Below are positions 1 through 8,775 of a stretch of 56,090 bases of DNA, piece by piece. Under the pieces are notes generated by a model. That model was not told the DNA's origin, did not search any database, and saw only the letters and a list, made by a program, of their open reading frames with translations. Numbering within the stretch: position 1 is the stretch's first letter; every line of letters begins with the position of its first letter. The stretch is from Eubacteriales bacterium. GTDB taxonomy: Bacteria > Bacillota > Clostridia > Oscillospirales > QAKW01. The position numbers and the translations under genes are program-made. The stretch spans positions 1 to 56,090 of the forward strand of contig JAZKZG010000040.1 in the NCBI GenBank assembly GCA_045612565.1, read 5' to 3'.

Positions 1-144
1 GGCGGTATGACAAGTACCCCCGCACTTGGAACTCTTATCCAGACTGCAGGTACAGAGGATGTTGCGGCTGCTTACGCTGCAACCTACCCTGTAGCGCTTA
101 TCGCTGTTGTATTAGTTTCACAATTCTTAATTATATTATTCTAG
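1..144 (+). CDS. 3' end of an AspT/YidE/YbjL-family antiporter (partial, runs off the window)
   Basis: Frame 1 reads GGMTSTPALGTLIQTAGTEDVAAAYAATYPVALIAVVLVSQFLIILF*. GxxTSTPAL and Y..TYP are the conserved C-terminal repeat motifs of this family. It lies directly upstream of the fumarase genes. Confidence 0.8.
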   Translation, partial: GGMTSTPALGTLIQTAGTEDVAAAYAATYPVALIAVVLVSQFLIILF

Positions 145-153
145 GAGGCAACA

Positions 154-996
154 ATGAGAGAGATTGATGTCAGCAAACTCACCGACACAATTGAAAAATT
201 GTGTATTGATGCAAACAACCACCTTCCCTGCGACGTAAAAGAAGCAATAGAAAAATGCCGTGCTTGTGAAGACGGCTCAATTGCTTGCGGTATTCTCGAC
301 AACATTATCGAGAACTACAACATTGCAGACAAAGAGAATGTTCCGATTTGTCAGGACACAGGTATGGCTTGTGTATTTCTTGAAATCGGTCAGGACGTTC
401 ATTTTGTAGGCGGCGACCTTACTGACGCTATCAATGAGGGCGTTCGTCGTGGCTATGACAAAGGCTACCTCAGAAAGTCAGTTGTAAAAGACCCCGTTCG
501 CCGCGGTAACACAGGCGACAATACACCTGCTATGATCTATACAGAGATCGTTCCCGGTGATAAGGTTAAAGTTACACTCGGACCTAAGGGCTTTGGTAGT
601 GAAAATATGAGCGCTGTTCGTATGTTCAAGCCTTCAGCAGGTCTTCAGGGTATTAAAGACTTTATTATCGAAACAGTTAAGATTGCAGGACCCAACCCCT
701 GTCCTCCCATCGTAATCGGTGTTGGTATCGGCGGTACATTTGACAAAGCTGCTCTTCTTGCTAAAAAAGCAATTATGCGTCCGCTTAATACAAGCCATCC
801 CGATCCCTACTATGCAGACCTCGAAAAAGAGATGCTCGAAAAGGTTAACGAACTTGGTATCGGACCCCAGGGCTTTGGCGGTAAAACAACAGCAATCGGT
901 CTTAACATCGAAACTCTTCCCACACATATCGCAGGTATGCCGTGCGCAATCAACATCAACTGCCACGTAACCCGTCATAAATCGGAGGTACTCTAA
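154..996 (+). CDS. Fe-S hydro-lyase (class I fumarate hydratase / tartrate dehydratase) alpha subunit
   Basis: PICQDTG, KGFGSEN, GPNPCPP, GPQGFGG and CH..RH motifs; GGAGG SD upstream. Confidence 0.95.
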   Translation: MREIDVSKLTDTIEKLCIDANNHLPCDVKEAIEKCRACEDGSIACGILDNIIENYNIADKENVPICQDTGMACVFLEIGQDVHFVGGDLTDAINEGVRRGYDKGYLRKSVVKDPVRRGNTGDNTPAMIYTEIVPGDKVKVTLGPKGFGSENMSAVRMFKPSAGLQGIKDFIIETVKIAGPNPCPPIVIGVGIGGTFDKAALLAKKAIMRPLNTSHPDPYYADLEKEMLEKVNELGIGPQGFGGKTTAIGLNIETLPTHIAGMPCAININCHVTRHKSEVL

Positions 997-997
997 T

Positions 998-1555
998 ATG
1001 GAAAAGAAAGTTACTTTACCTTTAACAGAAGAACTTGCAAAAACACTTAAAGCAGGTGATACAGTACTTCTTACAGGCTATATCTACACATCACGCGATG
1101 CAGGTCACAAGAGAATGTGCGAAACTCTTGCAAAGGGTGAGCCGCTTCCGTTTGACCCCACCGATGCTACAATTTACTACGTTGGACCCACACCCGCAAA
1201 GCCCGGTCAGGTAATCGGCTCTGCAGGTCCTACAACCAGCGGTCGTATGGATGCTTACGCTCCCACAATGATGAGCGTTGGCGCTCGCGGTATGATTGGT
1301 AAGGGCGCAAGACTTCCCGAAGTTGTTGACGCTATGAAAAAATATTCAGGCGTATACTTTGGTGCAATCGGCGGTGCAGGTGCACTTCTTGCAAAACAGA
1401 TCAAAAGCTGTGAACTCGTTGCATACGAAGATCTCGGTGCAGAAGCACTTAGAAAACTTTATGTAGAGGATATGCCTCTTGTTGTTATAATCGACAGCGA
1501 GGGTAACAACCTCTACGATTTCGGTCCCGAAAATTATCTTAAGAACAAAAAATAA
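998..1555 (+). CDS. Fe-S hydro-lyase (fumarate hydratase) beta subunit
   Basis: RDAGHKR, YYVGP, SAGPTTSGRMD, MIGKG and IIDSEGNNLY motifs; starts 1 nt after the alpha-subunit stop. Confidence 0.95.
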   Translation: MEKKVTLPLTEELAKTLKAGDTVLLTGYIYTSRDAGHKRMCETLAKGEPLPFDPTDATIYYVGPTPAKPGQVIGSAGPTTSGRMDAYAPTMMSVGARGMIGKGARLPEVVDAMKKYSGVYFGAIGGAGALLAKQIKSCELVAYEDLGAEALRKLYVEDMPLVVIIDSEGNNLYDFGPENYLKNKK

Positions 1556-1557
1556 AT

Positions 1558-1593
1558 AAAAACTGTGTAGACATTCGTCTACACAGTTTTTTT
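1558..1593. terminator. Bidirectional intrinsic terminator
   Basis: AAAAACTGTGTAGAC-attc-GTCTACACAGTTTTT perfect hairpin between convergent genes. Confidence 0.9.
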
Positions 1594-3574
1594 ATATATC
1601 GTAAAGTATCAGTATCGGGCAGGTCGACCACGGGTGACAGAGGCTTGTGTTTTTCTTTTGTTCCTTGCCCCACGCCTCGTACGTTGTGGTGGCACCTTCT
1701 TTAAGCATATTGAGCCACGCACCCTCATCTTTTATTTTTTGAAGTACCGACTCAATTTCACCGTTTTGCTTTAGTGCCTGTAAAACGTAAAACGAAAAAT
1801 ACGTTCCGCAATCGGTAATAGGTTTTTTCTTTAAAAAACTGATTATGCCGTCTTTGTTTTCGTCGGTGATTCCGATAGAGAATAAAAGCGGAATCGCATT
1901 TGAATGCATTGCGCTGTGGTCGGTTGACGGCTCGTCGGCAAAAAGCCCTGTTTTTTCTCTGAAAAACTCTTTTACAAACGCACTTTCGCAGCGTGTTATA
2001 TCACGGGTTGGCATATTAAGCAGAGTATACATTTTATTCAAGCATTTTTGGGCGCCGATATAAAAAGCATTTATTACGTTGTGACAGCTGTCGCCGATTT
2101 CGCCCTCGGTTACAGCATCGTAATCATCACGCATATTCTGCGGCCAGTCGACAAGGTTCCATTTTTCATGGACGCCTGCAAGCAGACCGTCGTTACGCTC
2201 GTAATCTTTAAAATAGTCTAAAATCCCCTCGACTGTGGGCAGAATCTTTTCTATAAACGAAAGGTCGTTTGTCAGTTTATAGTACCACAGTACAACGAGC
2301 GGATAGCAGAGCGAAAAATCGGCAATTTCCTGCATAAACGAGCAGGTAGACACCGCCATAAGACCTTTGCAGATTTTTGCAGACTGCGCAAAATCAACGA
2401 TTGTCTTTTTAAGCGGCTCGGGGTTGCCTGTGAGTATCGCGTATGCGACGGCGGATATACACGCATCCCCCAGATACTGACCTTTTTCTCGCGTAGGACA
2501 GTCGGTAAAGCACTCTTGCGAAGCATATTTTATCGTGTTTTTGCATAACTCCCATATCTTTGCAAGTGTGCTGTCGTTAAAGTCGGGGTTGCAGACGCAC
2601 TCAAAGGGCAGATGCCTTACGGTAACGTGAATATCGGTGATATCTACGTCCTCGGGCGTAAGTATCTGTGCGTAACGAAAGCCTTTGTAATCAAAAGCGC
2701 AAAAGCTGTCAGCCTTACCCGACAGTATCCATCTGTCCTCGTAAAGACAGTTACAGCGCATATCGTAGCGTACGCTTCCATCGTCGTTTAATTCTTCGCC
2801 GTAGCGGATTGTGAGGGTGTCGTTTTTGTTTCCCTTTGCAACTATGTTGAGATAGCCTATAATCTCGCGACCGATATCAATAAATATTGCGTTTTTGTCT
2901 TTGGTTATTGTTTGCGGTTTTATTTTGTAATGCACAAGCATTGGTGCACTTTGACGGCAGAGCGTGTAATCAACGTGCTCTCTTTGACGTGCGAACTGCC
3001 AACCGCTGTCGTCAAAGTCGGGCTTTTCAAAGCCGATTTGTGCCGAGTTTGAATCGATAGTTTCGCAAAACAGTGTTTTGTGTGCCTTGACCGCGATATC
3101 GTGTACGCTGTAGGCGGTATGGCGCACACACTTAAACGAACCGTCAGATGCAAGCACCTCGTTTCCGTCACAAAAAATCTGACAGATTAGCCCGTGTCTG
3201 TGGTCGCCGCTTACCCATACGCGATTTATAAGTCCTTGATAGTAGGTGTGCACCGCTATTGTGTTTTCGCCGCTTTTTATATACTGCGAAATATCAATAT
3301 CGTTATAATAATAGTGCCACGGATACGCGGGCGACGGACCCGAGCCTACAAATCTTCCGTTTATATATAAAAAGTAGTAGTCGTCCGCCGAAATATGTAT
3401 ATTGCATTTTTCAAACTCTCCGACGCTGAACTTTTTTCGAAAAAGTATATGCGAGTTTAAAAGCGCGTCGTCGTGAGTGGGTGTGTGCTTTTGCTTTTCT
3501 TTGTGAAAAACGTCGTTTAACGGAGTGCGGTCAAAAAAGCTGTCGTCCGTTATCCATTTTGCGTTATCGTTCAT
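1592..3574 (-). CDS. Alpha-L-rhamnosidase (GH78), no signal peptide
   Basis: N-terminal ISADDYY..YING module, DCPTREKGQYLGD catalytic motif, GATTTYEAW and SLCHPWS C-terminal motifs. Confidence 0.9.
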   Translation of the reverse strand: MNDNAKWITDDSFFDRTPLNDVFHKEKQKHTPTHDDALLNSHILFRKKFSVGEFEKCNIHISADDYYFLYINGRFVGSGPSPAYPWHYYYNDIDISQYIKSGENTIAVHTYYQGLINRVWVSGDHRHGLICQIFCDGNEVLASDGSFKCVRHTAYSVHDIAVKAHKTLFCETIDSNSAQIGFEKPDFDDSGWQFARQREHVDYTLCRQSAPMLVHYKIKPQTITKDKNAIFIDIGREIIGYLNIVAKGNKNDTLTIRYGEELNDDGSVRYDMRCNCLYEDRWILSGKADSFCAFDYKGFRYAQILTPEDVDITDIHVTVRHLPFECVCNPDFNDSTLAKIWELCKNTIKYASQECFTDCPTREKGQYLGDACISAVAYAILTGNPEPLKKTIVDFAQSAKICKGLMAVSTCSFMQEIADFSLCYPLVVLWYYKLTNDLSFIEKILPTVEGILDYFKDYERNDGLLAGVHEKWNLVDWPQNMRDDYDAVTEGEIGDSCHNVINAFYIGAQKCLNKMYTLLNMPTRDITRCESAFVKEFFREKTGLFADEPSTDHSAMHSNAIPLLFSIGITDENKDGIISFLKKKPITDCGTYFSFYVLQALKQNGEIESVLQKIKDEGAWLNMLKEGATTTYEAWGKEQKKNTSLCHPWSTCPILILYDI

Positions 3575-3596
3575 AATAAGTTACCTCTTTTATAGA

Positions 3597-3655
3597 ATTT
3601 TACAATACAAAATATGAAAAATCAAGTTGATTAAAGGCGGCTGTTGTATTACAAT
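3597..3655. promoter_or_regulatory. Back-to-back sigma-A promoters for the GH78 gene (-) and the MBL hydrolase (+)
   Basis: Minus strand TTGATT-17-TAAAAT (3625->3597); plus strand TTGATT(3627)-17-TACAAT(3650). The two -35 boxes form the palindrome AATCAA-G-TTGATT. Confidence 0.65.
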
Positions 3656-3673
3656 AAAAAAGAGGTGACTCAA

Positions 3674-4393
3674 ATGAAAATTACTTTTTTGGGGACAAGC
3701 CACGGCGCACCTGAAAAATTAAGAAAATGCACATCAACTCTTATTGAGTCGGGTCAAAACCGATACCTTATTGATATCGGTACAAACCCGATTGAATATT
3801 TTGCCGATAACGGGATTGCGGTCGATAGTGTAAAAGCGGTTTTTATAACGCATATGCACGGCGACCACACCCACGGCCTCATGCCGTTTGTTGACCTTTG
3901 CGGATGGTATTATAAAAAATCAAATCCCAAGGTATTTGTGCCCGATAATGTTGACAGTGTAAAAAAGACAACAGCTGAGTGGCTTAGTTTAAATGGCAGT
4001 ACGCTTAGTGACAGAATTGAGTTTTTTGCTGTAAACGAGGGCGTTATTTTTGACGACGGCATAATAAAGGTGATCGCCTTTAAAACGATGCACTGCAACA
4101 ACTCATTTGCGTATCTTGTTGAATGTGAAAATAATCGTGTGCTGTTTACAGGTGACCTGAGTTCAAAGCCCGAAACTGATTTTCCGATTTCGGTATTTGA
4201 AAAACCGCTTGACCTTTGCGTTTGCGAGAGTGCGCATTTTGAATTTACAAAGCTTTTGTCGATATTTAAAGGTAAAAATGTAAAAAATCTTTATTTTAAT
4301 CATCTTTATCCGCCCAGAAAAAATTCGTTTAACGAGTTTAAAAATGAGGTACCCTCACAAATTGCAACTGATAATATGCAAATAGAATTATAA
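3674..4393 (+). CDS. MBL-fold metallo-hydrolase, RNase Z/arylsulfatase-like
   Basis: FLGTSHG, THMHGDHTHG (HxHxDH), FTGD, ESAH and NH motifs. Start moved to ATG 3674, which follows an AGAGGTGA SD. Confidence 0.8.
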   Translation: MKITFLGTSHGAPEKLRKCTSTLIESGQNRYLIDIGTNPIEYFADNGIAVDSVKAVFITHMHGDHTHGLMPFVDLCGWYYKKSNPKVFVPDNVDSVKKTTAEWLSLNGSTLSDRIEFFAVNEGVIFDDGIIKVIAFKTMHCNNSFAYLVECENNRVLFTGDLSSKPETDFPISVFEKPLDLCVCESAHFEFTKLLSIFKGKNVKNLYFNHLYPPRKNSFNEFKNEVPSQIATDNMQIEL

Positions 4394-4425
4394 AAAAATA
4401 CGACGGAATTTTCCGTCGTATTTTT
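4394..4425. terminator. Bidirectional intrinsic terminator
   Basis: AAAAATACGACGGAA-tt-TTCCGTCGTATTTTT between convergent genes. Confidence 0.85.
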
Positions 4426-4435
4426 ATTTGTGTTT

Positions 4436-5599
4436 TTATCCAATAACGCTTTTTCCTTTGAAAATGACTTGCTTTAGATTAAGTTCGTCATCCAAAAATA
4501 CAAGGTTTGCGTATTTACCCACTTCTATCGTGCCAACCTCGTTATCCACACCGATTGCTTTTGCGGGGGTTGTCGATGCCATACGAAAAAGTTCGGTTAC
4601 TGTTGCACCCGTGTGCGCTTTAAAGTTTTTAACAGCTCTGTCCATAGTGAGCCTTGAGCCTGAAAGTTGCCCAAGTTCGTTGTAGTTAAGGTCGACGGTA
4701 CTGCGGAAATGTTCGGCGGGGTAGTCGGCAGGGTCATAGTCACATATTGTGCAGTCGGTAACAATTGCAATTCTGTCGGGACCCGCAAACTGATAAACAA
4801 GCGTTAGATTTGCGGGTTTTACGTGTATTCCGTAACTGTCGGGGATGAGTTCATAAATCATTTCAGGGCAGATAAGACAGCCGACTGCAGCCGTTTCCTG
4901 TATAGTACCCGTGATGTTCCACGAATCGTTGCCCAGATGACAGCCCATCGCATCAAAAAGGTGTGTGGCAATACGTGCGCCCTTGTCAACGGCAGCACGT
5001 GTTTGCTTTGGCGATGCGTTTGTGTGCCCTACTGCAGCAGTGATTCCTTTTTCTTTTAAGAAATCACCGAATGAGCCGTCTTTATCCATTTCGGGAGCAT
5101 ACATCCACTGCGCAACCTTACCGCGTGTCGCCTCATATAGCGGCAGATACTCGTCGGGGTCGGGACCGACTCTTGCAAACTGGCTTGATTTTGCGCCGCG
5201 TTCGGGGTTTACAAACGGACCTTCAAAGCTGACTGCATAAACATTGGGCAGTAGCCCTTCGTCAATCATTCCCTGTACAATCTTTGTGTTTTTTAAAAGC
5301 GACTCTTTTGTCTGGCTGTAACTCATTGTTGCAACCATTGTGGTCGAGCCGTGTAAAAGGTGGTGATGTGCTGTCTTTTGGGGATCGATTTCCCATCTGT
5401 TTGCGCCGCCGTCGCCATGGATATGTATATCCACAAAACCCGGACCCACAAGCATTCCTTTTGCGTCAATTACTTCGTCAGCGTCTTTTATAGAAAGATT
5501 TTGACCCACAGCGCATATTTTATCATCTTTAATAAGAATTGTAGCGTCTTTTAAAATTTTATCATATAAAATTATGTTTGCGTTTATGATTGCTTTCAT
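4436..5599 (-). CDS. nagA: N-acetylglucosamine-6-phosphate deacetylase (NagA-like amidohydrolase)
   Basis: PGFVDIHIHG, EGPF, GHTNA, THLFDAM, VTD and PAKAIG...G.IEVGKYAN motifs. Start moved to ATG 5599 (GGAG SD). Confidence 0.8.
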   Translation of the reverse strand: MKAIINANIILYDKILKDATILIKDDKICAVGQNLSIKDADEVIDAKGMLVGPGFVDIHIHGDGGANRWEIDPQKTAHHHLLHGSTTMVATMSYSQTKESLLKNTKIVQGMIDEGLLPNVYAVSFEGPFVNPERGAKSSQFARVGPDPDEYLPLYEATRGKVAQWMYAPEMDKDGSFGDFLKEKGITAAVGHTNASPKQTRAAVDKGARIATHLFDAMGCHLGNDSWNITGTIQETAAVGCLICPEMIYELIPDSYGIHVKPANLTLVYQFAGPDRIAIVTDCTICDYDPADYPAEHFRSTVDLNYNELGQLSGSRLTMDRAVKNFKAHTGATVTELFRMASTTPAKAIGVDNEVGTIEVGKYANLVFLDDELNLKQVIFKGKSVIG

Positions 5600-5668
5600 T
5601 ATAAATTCTCCTGTTTTGTTAATTATAATATATATCAATAAAACTTAGGTGTCAATAAGGAGATTGTT

Positions 5669-6628
5669 ATGTGTACAGCGATTGCATTTAAAAATGATGG
5701 TTTTTATTTCGGACGCAACCTTGATTTATACTATCACTACAACGAGTCGGTGACGGTAACCCCACGTAACTTCAATTTTAAATTAAAAAACGGTAAAGAA
5801 ATCGTTTCTCACCTTGCAATAATTGGTATTGCAACGGTGTCGGAAGGCTTTCCGCTGTACTATGATGCTGTTAACGAGGCGGGGCTTTGTATGGCGGGTC
5901 TTAATTTTCCAAATAATGCAGTATATAACGATTTTGACAACGCCAAAAACAATATTGCGCCTTTTGAGTTGATTCCGTATATATTGTCAAGATGCAAAAA
6001 CGTTGATGATGCAATAAATGAACTTAAAAACATTAATTTGTGGGATATATCTTTTAACGAACAGTTTAAAAATACACCGCTTCACTGGATGCTTTGTGAC
6101 AAAGACCGCTGTGTAACAGTCGAGCCGATGCAACAACTCAAAATTTATGACAATCCCGTCGGTGTGCTTACAAACAACCCGCCGTTTGACTATCACCTTT
6201 ATAACCTTGCGAATTATATTAATGTTACATCCGACTACCCCAAAAACCGATTTTGTGAGGGCGTTGAAATAAAGCCTTACAGTCTTGGTATGGGGGGCAT
6301 AGGTCTGCCGGGCGATATGTCGAGCGGGTCGAGATTTGTACGTGCCGCGTTTGTAATGCAAAACTCGTTGTGTGATGACACATTGAGCCAGGCATTTCAT
6401 ATACTAAAATCGGTGGAACAACCGCGCGGTGTGACTTACACTAATGACGGAGAGTGCGAGTACACCCTGTACACAAGCGTGTGTGATGCAATCCGCGGTG
6501 TGTATTATTACACAACTTATAATAACAGCACTATTTCGGCTGTTTCGATGCACAACGAAAATCTTGACTCAGATCGCCTTGTGTCGTATCCTTTAAACAC
6601 GCAGCAAAATATATTTTATCACAATTAA
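5669..6628 (+). CDS. bsh: Choloylglycine hydrolase (bile salt hydrolase / penicillin V acylase family)
   Basis: N-terminal nucleophile Cys2 (MCTAI), FGRNLD, NE.GL.MAGLNFP, VLTNNPPF and GLPGD.SS.SRFVRA motifs; no signal peptide; AAGGAG SD. Confidence 0.85.
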   Translation: MCTAIAFKNDGFYFGRNLDLYYHYNESVTVTPRNFNFKLKNGKEIVSHLAIIGIATVSEGFPLYYDAVNEAGLCMAGLNFPNNAVYNDFDNAKNNIAPFELIPYILSRCKNVDDAINELKNINLWDISFNEQFKNTPLHWMLCDKDRCVTVEPMQQLKIYDNPVGVLTNNPPFDYHLYNLANYINVTSDYPKNRFCEGVEIKPYSLGMGGIGLPGDMSSGSRFVRAAFVMQNSLCDDTLSQAFHILKSVEQPRGVTYTNDGECEYTLYTSVCDAIRGVYYYTTYNNSTISAVSMHNENLDSDRLVSYPLNTQQNIFYHN

Positions 6629-7473
6629 ATTATATCGCGGTGTTTTGACTCGCGGTAGTGCGCGGGCGATATGCCCGTTTTTGCCTTGAAACAACTGCAA
6701 AAGTGGGTGGGACTGTTAAATCCTGTTAGTTCTGCTATGTCGGATATCGACAAATCGGATGTAGCAAGCATACGCTTTGCGGTGTGGGTGCGCGTATCGA
6801 TTATGTACTGGTGCACCGTTTTTCCGACGTGTTTTAAAAACATTCGGTTCAGGTGATATTCGTGATAGCCCGCGATATATGCAAGTTGTGCATTTGTTAT
6901 TTTTTTATCAATGTTTTGGTGTATAAACGAGCGCACTTTTTCAATTGTTTTAAGAGCGGGCGATTTTATAAGCGTTTCGCTTCTGTAGATGTCGATTAGC
7001 ACGTCTTTTAACAACGCACCGCTTTTTTCTAAAAAGAAGGGGGCTTTTGAGCCAAACTCTGTTATGATAGCCCTGATTTTTTCGCCAAGTTCATAGCCGT
7101 CCTCGATAAAAATATACGAGCCCAGCGCTCCGCCGTCGTCTATTGTGTCCTCGATTGTATATATGGGTGCTTTCCCTTTTGTTTTAAAAGGCGCAATTGG
7201 TTTTTTTATATCGTTGCGATTTTGAAAAAGGTCAAAGTTGAGGATATACAGTTCGCAACCGACTGCACCCGAAAAATTGTATGAACTACCGCCTATACAA
7301 TAAAACAGCGAACCCTCGCAAAGTTTTAGCGTTTTGCCGTCGATTTCAATTTGTGCATTGTTTGACACAAGATAAAAAATGCGCGAGTCAAAAACGTTGA
7401 CTGTGCCCGAACTTCCGCTATATGCTATTTTTTCGGCAAAGCGAATAAACGGATTGATGTCACTAACCTTCAT
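6625..7473 (-). CDS. AraC-family transcriptional regulator
   Basis: N-terminal cupin-like sensor domain; C-terminal double HTH (LAYIAGYHEYHLNRMF...ISDIAELTGFNSPTHFCSCFKAKTGISPAHYR). Confidence 0.92.
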   Translation of the reverse strand: MKVSDINPFIRFAEKIAYSGSSGTVNVFDSRIFYLVSNNAQIEIDGKTLKLCEGSLFYCIGGSSYNFSGAVGCELYILNFDLFQNRNDIKKPIAPFKTKGKAPIYTIEDTIDDGGALGSYIFIEDGYELGEKIRAIITEFGSKAPFFLEKSGALLKDVLIDIYRSETLIKSPALKTIEKVRSFIHQNIDKKITNAQLAYIAGYHEYHLNRMFLKHVGKTVHQYIIDTRTHTAKRMLATSDLSISDIAELTGFNSPTHFCSCFKAKTGISPAHYRESKHRDII

Positions 7474-7531
7474 AAATACCTCTGGTTTAAATATTTTTTA
7501 TTTATTCGAAAAAGTCTCGTTAGTATGGGTG

Positions 7532-7560
7532 TTGACTTTTAAATGCAAGAAATATATACT
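7532..7560 (+). promoter_or_regulatory. Sigma-A promoter for the beta-helix/GH28-like gene
   Basis: TTGACT-17-TATACT. Confidence 0.65.
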
Positions 7561-7592
7561 TGACTTAAATCATAAAGATGAGGCGAAAAATT

Positions 7593-8645
7593 GTGTTTTT
7601 ATCAAACGGATCTGAATATATTACACAACTTATAAATAATGCTGTTGCAAAAGGTGAGCATACTGCAACAGTTGTGGGCAATTATGAAATTGACACCGCT
7701 GTAAAAATTCCAAGTGACTTTACCTTGGTTTTGGACGGTTGTTATCTTAAAATGGCTGATGGGTGTTATTCAAATATGTTTGTAAACATATACCATGACA
7801 CCGAAATTGGAAAAACAACCGCGGGGACTGACCGAAATATTAAAATTATTGGAAAAAACAGAGCAGTGCTCGACGGTGGAAAATATAATGGATTGTCCGA
7901 AAAAACACAGCTTCAAAACGGTCTTCCACCAATATGGAAAAATAACCTTATTTTGTTCACAAATGTTGACGGCTTTGAAATATCGGGCATTGATTGCCAC
8001 AATCAGCGTTGGTGGGCACTTAATTTTGTTTATTGTGCAAACGGAAAACTGCACGATATAAACTTTAAGGCGTGCGATATTGCAGTTGACGAAGACGGTA
8101 ACGAATATCGCGGACTAAAGCGTGGAAAATATGCTGATATCCTTATAAAAAATGCTGACGGTATTGACTTGCGTCAGGGCTGTCACGATATTGAAATACA
8201 AAACATAAGTGGTTTTACCGAAGATGATTCAGTAGCGCTTACTGCTCTTGACGGCAGACTTGAAAAACAGTTTGCAGTAAGCGGTCTGCCGACTGATCTT
8301 TGTAATGTCACCATAAAAAATATTTCAACATCCGCCTTTTGTACAAATGTGCGTTTGCTTAATCAGGGTGATATAAAACTCCACGATATTCTGATTGACG
8401 GTGTGTATGATACTTCGGAGACTTCACAGCACATGGACCGCGGCATTTATGCTGTGCGTGTGGGTGATACACATCTTTATGGACCGCGTCACGCAACACG
8501 TGACGAAACGTATAATATCACTATTAAAAATGTGCGTTCCCGTGCAAAAATTGCTGCAGTAGGTCTTGCAGGAAATATGAAAAATCTTGTTATGCAAAAC
8601 ATACAGTGCTTTGACGGCGCATGTGAACTTGAAGATAACCGTTGA
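7593..8645 (+). CDS. Right-handed beta-helix glycoside hydrolase, GH28-like, no signal peptide
   Basis: NADGIDL and TEDDSVAL match the GH28 NTDG.D / GDD catalytic motifs, with repeated 'NITIKNV'-type beta-helix rungs. GTG 7593 follows GAGG; ATG 7578 is the alternative start. Confidence 0.7.
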   Translation: MFLSNGSEYITQLINNAVAKGEHTATVVGNYEIDTAVKIPSDFTLVLDGCYLKMADGCYSNMFVNIYHDTEIGKTTAGTDRNIKIIGKNRAVLDGGKYNGLSEKTQLQNGLPPIWKNNLILFTNVDGFEISGIDCHNQRWWALNFVYCANGKLHDINFKACDIAVDEDGNEYRGLKRGKYADILIKNADGIDLRQGCHDIEIQNISGFTEDDSVALTALDGRLEKQFAVSGLPTDLCNVTIKNISTSAFCTNVRLLNQGDIKLHDILIDGVYDTSETSQHMDRGIYAVRVGDTHLYGPRHATRDETYNITIKNVRSRAKIAAVGLAGNMKNLVMQNIQCFDGACELEDNR

Positions 8646-8652
8646 ATTTATT

Positions 8653-8679
8653 GACCTGTTATATAACAGGTCTTTTTTT
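8653..8679 (+). terminator. Intrinsic terminator after the beta-helix gene
   Basis: GACCTGTT-atat-AACAGGTC followed by T7. Confidence 0.85.
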
Positions 8680-8775
8680 GATGTTTGTTTTTTGCAATAA
8701 AATATTGATTTTATAACTTTATTATATTTGTTTTTTGTAATAAAATCAATAAAAAAGAAAAAGTTGGTGAGAGTT

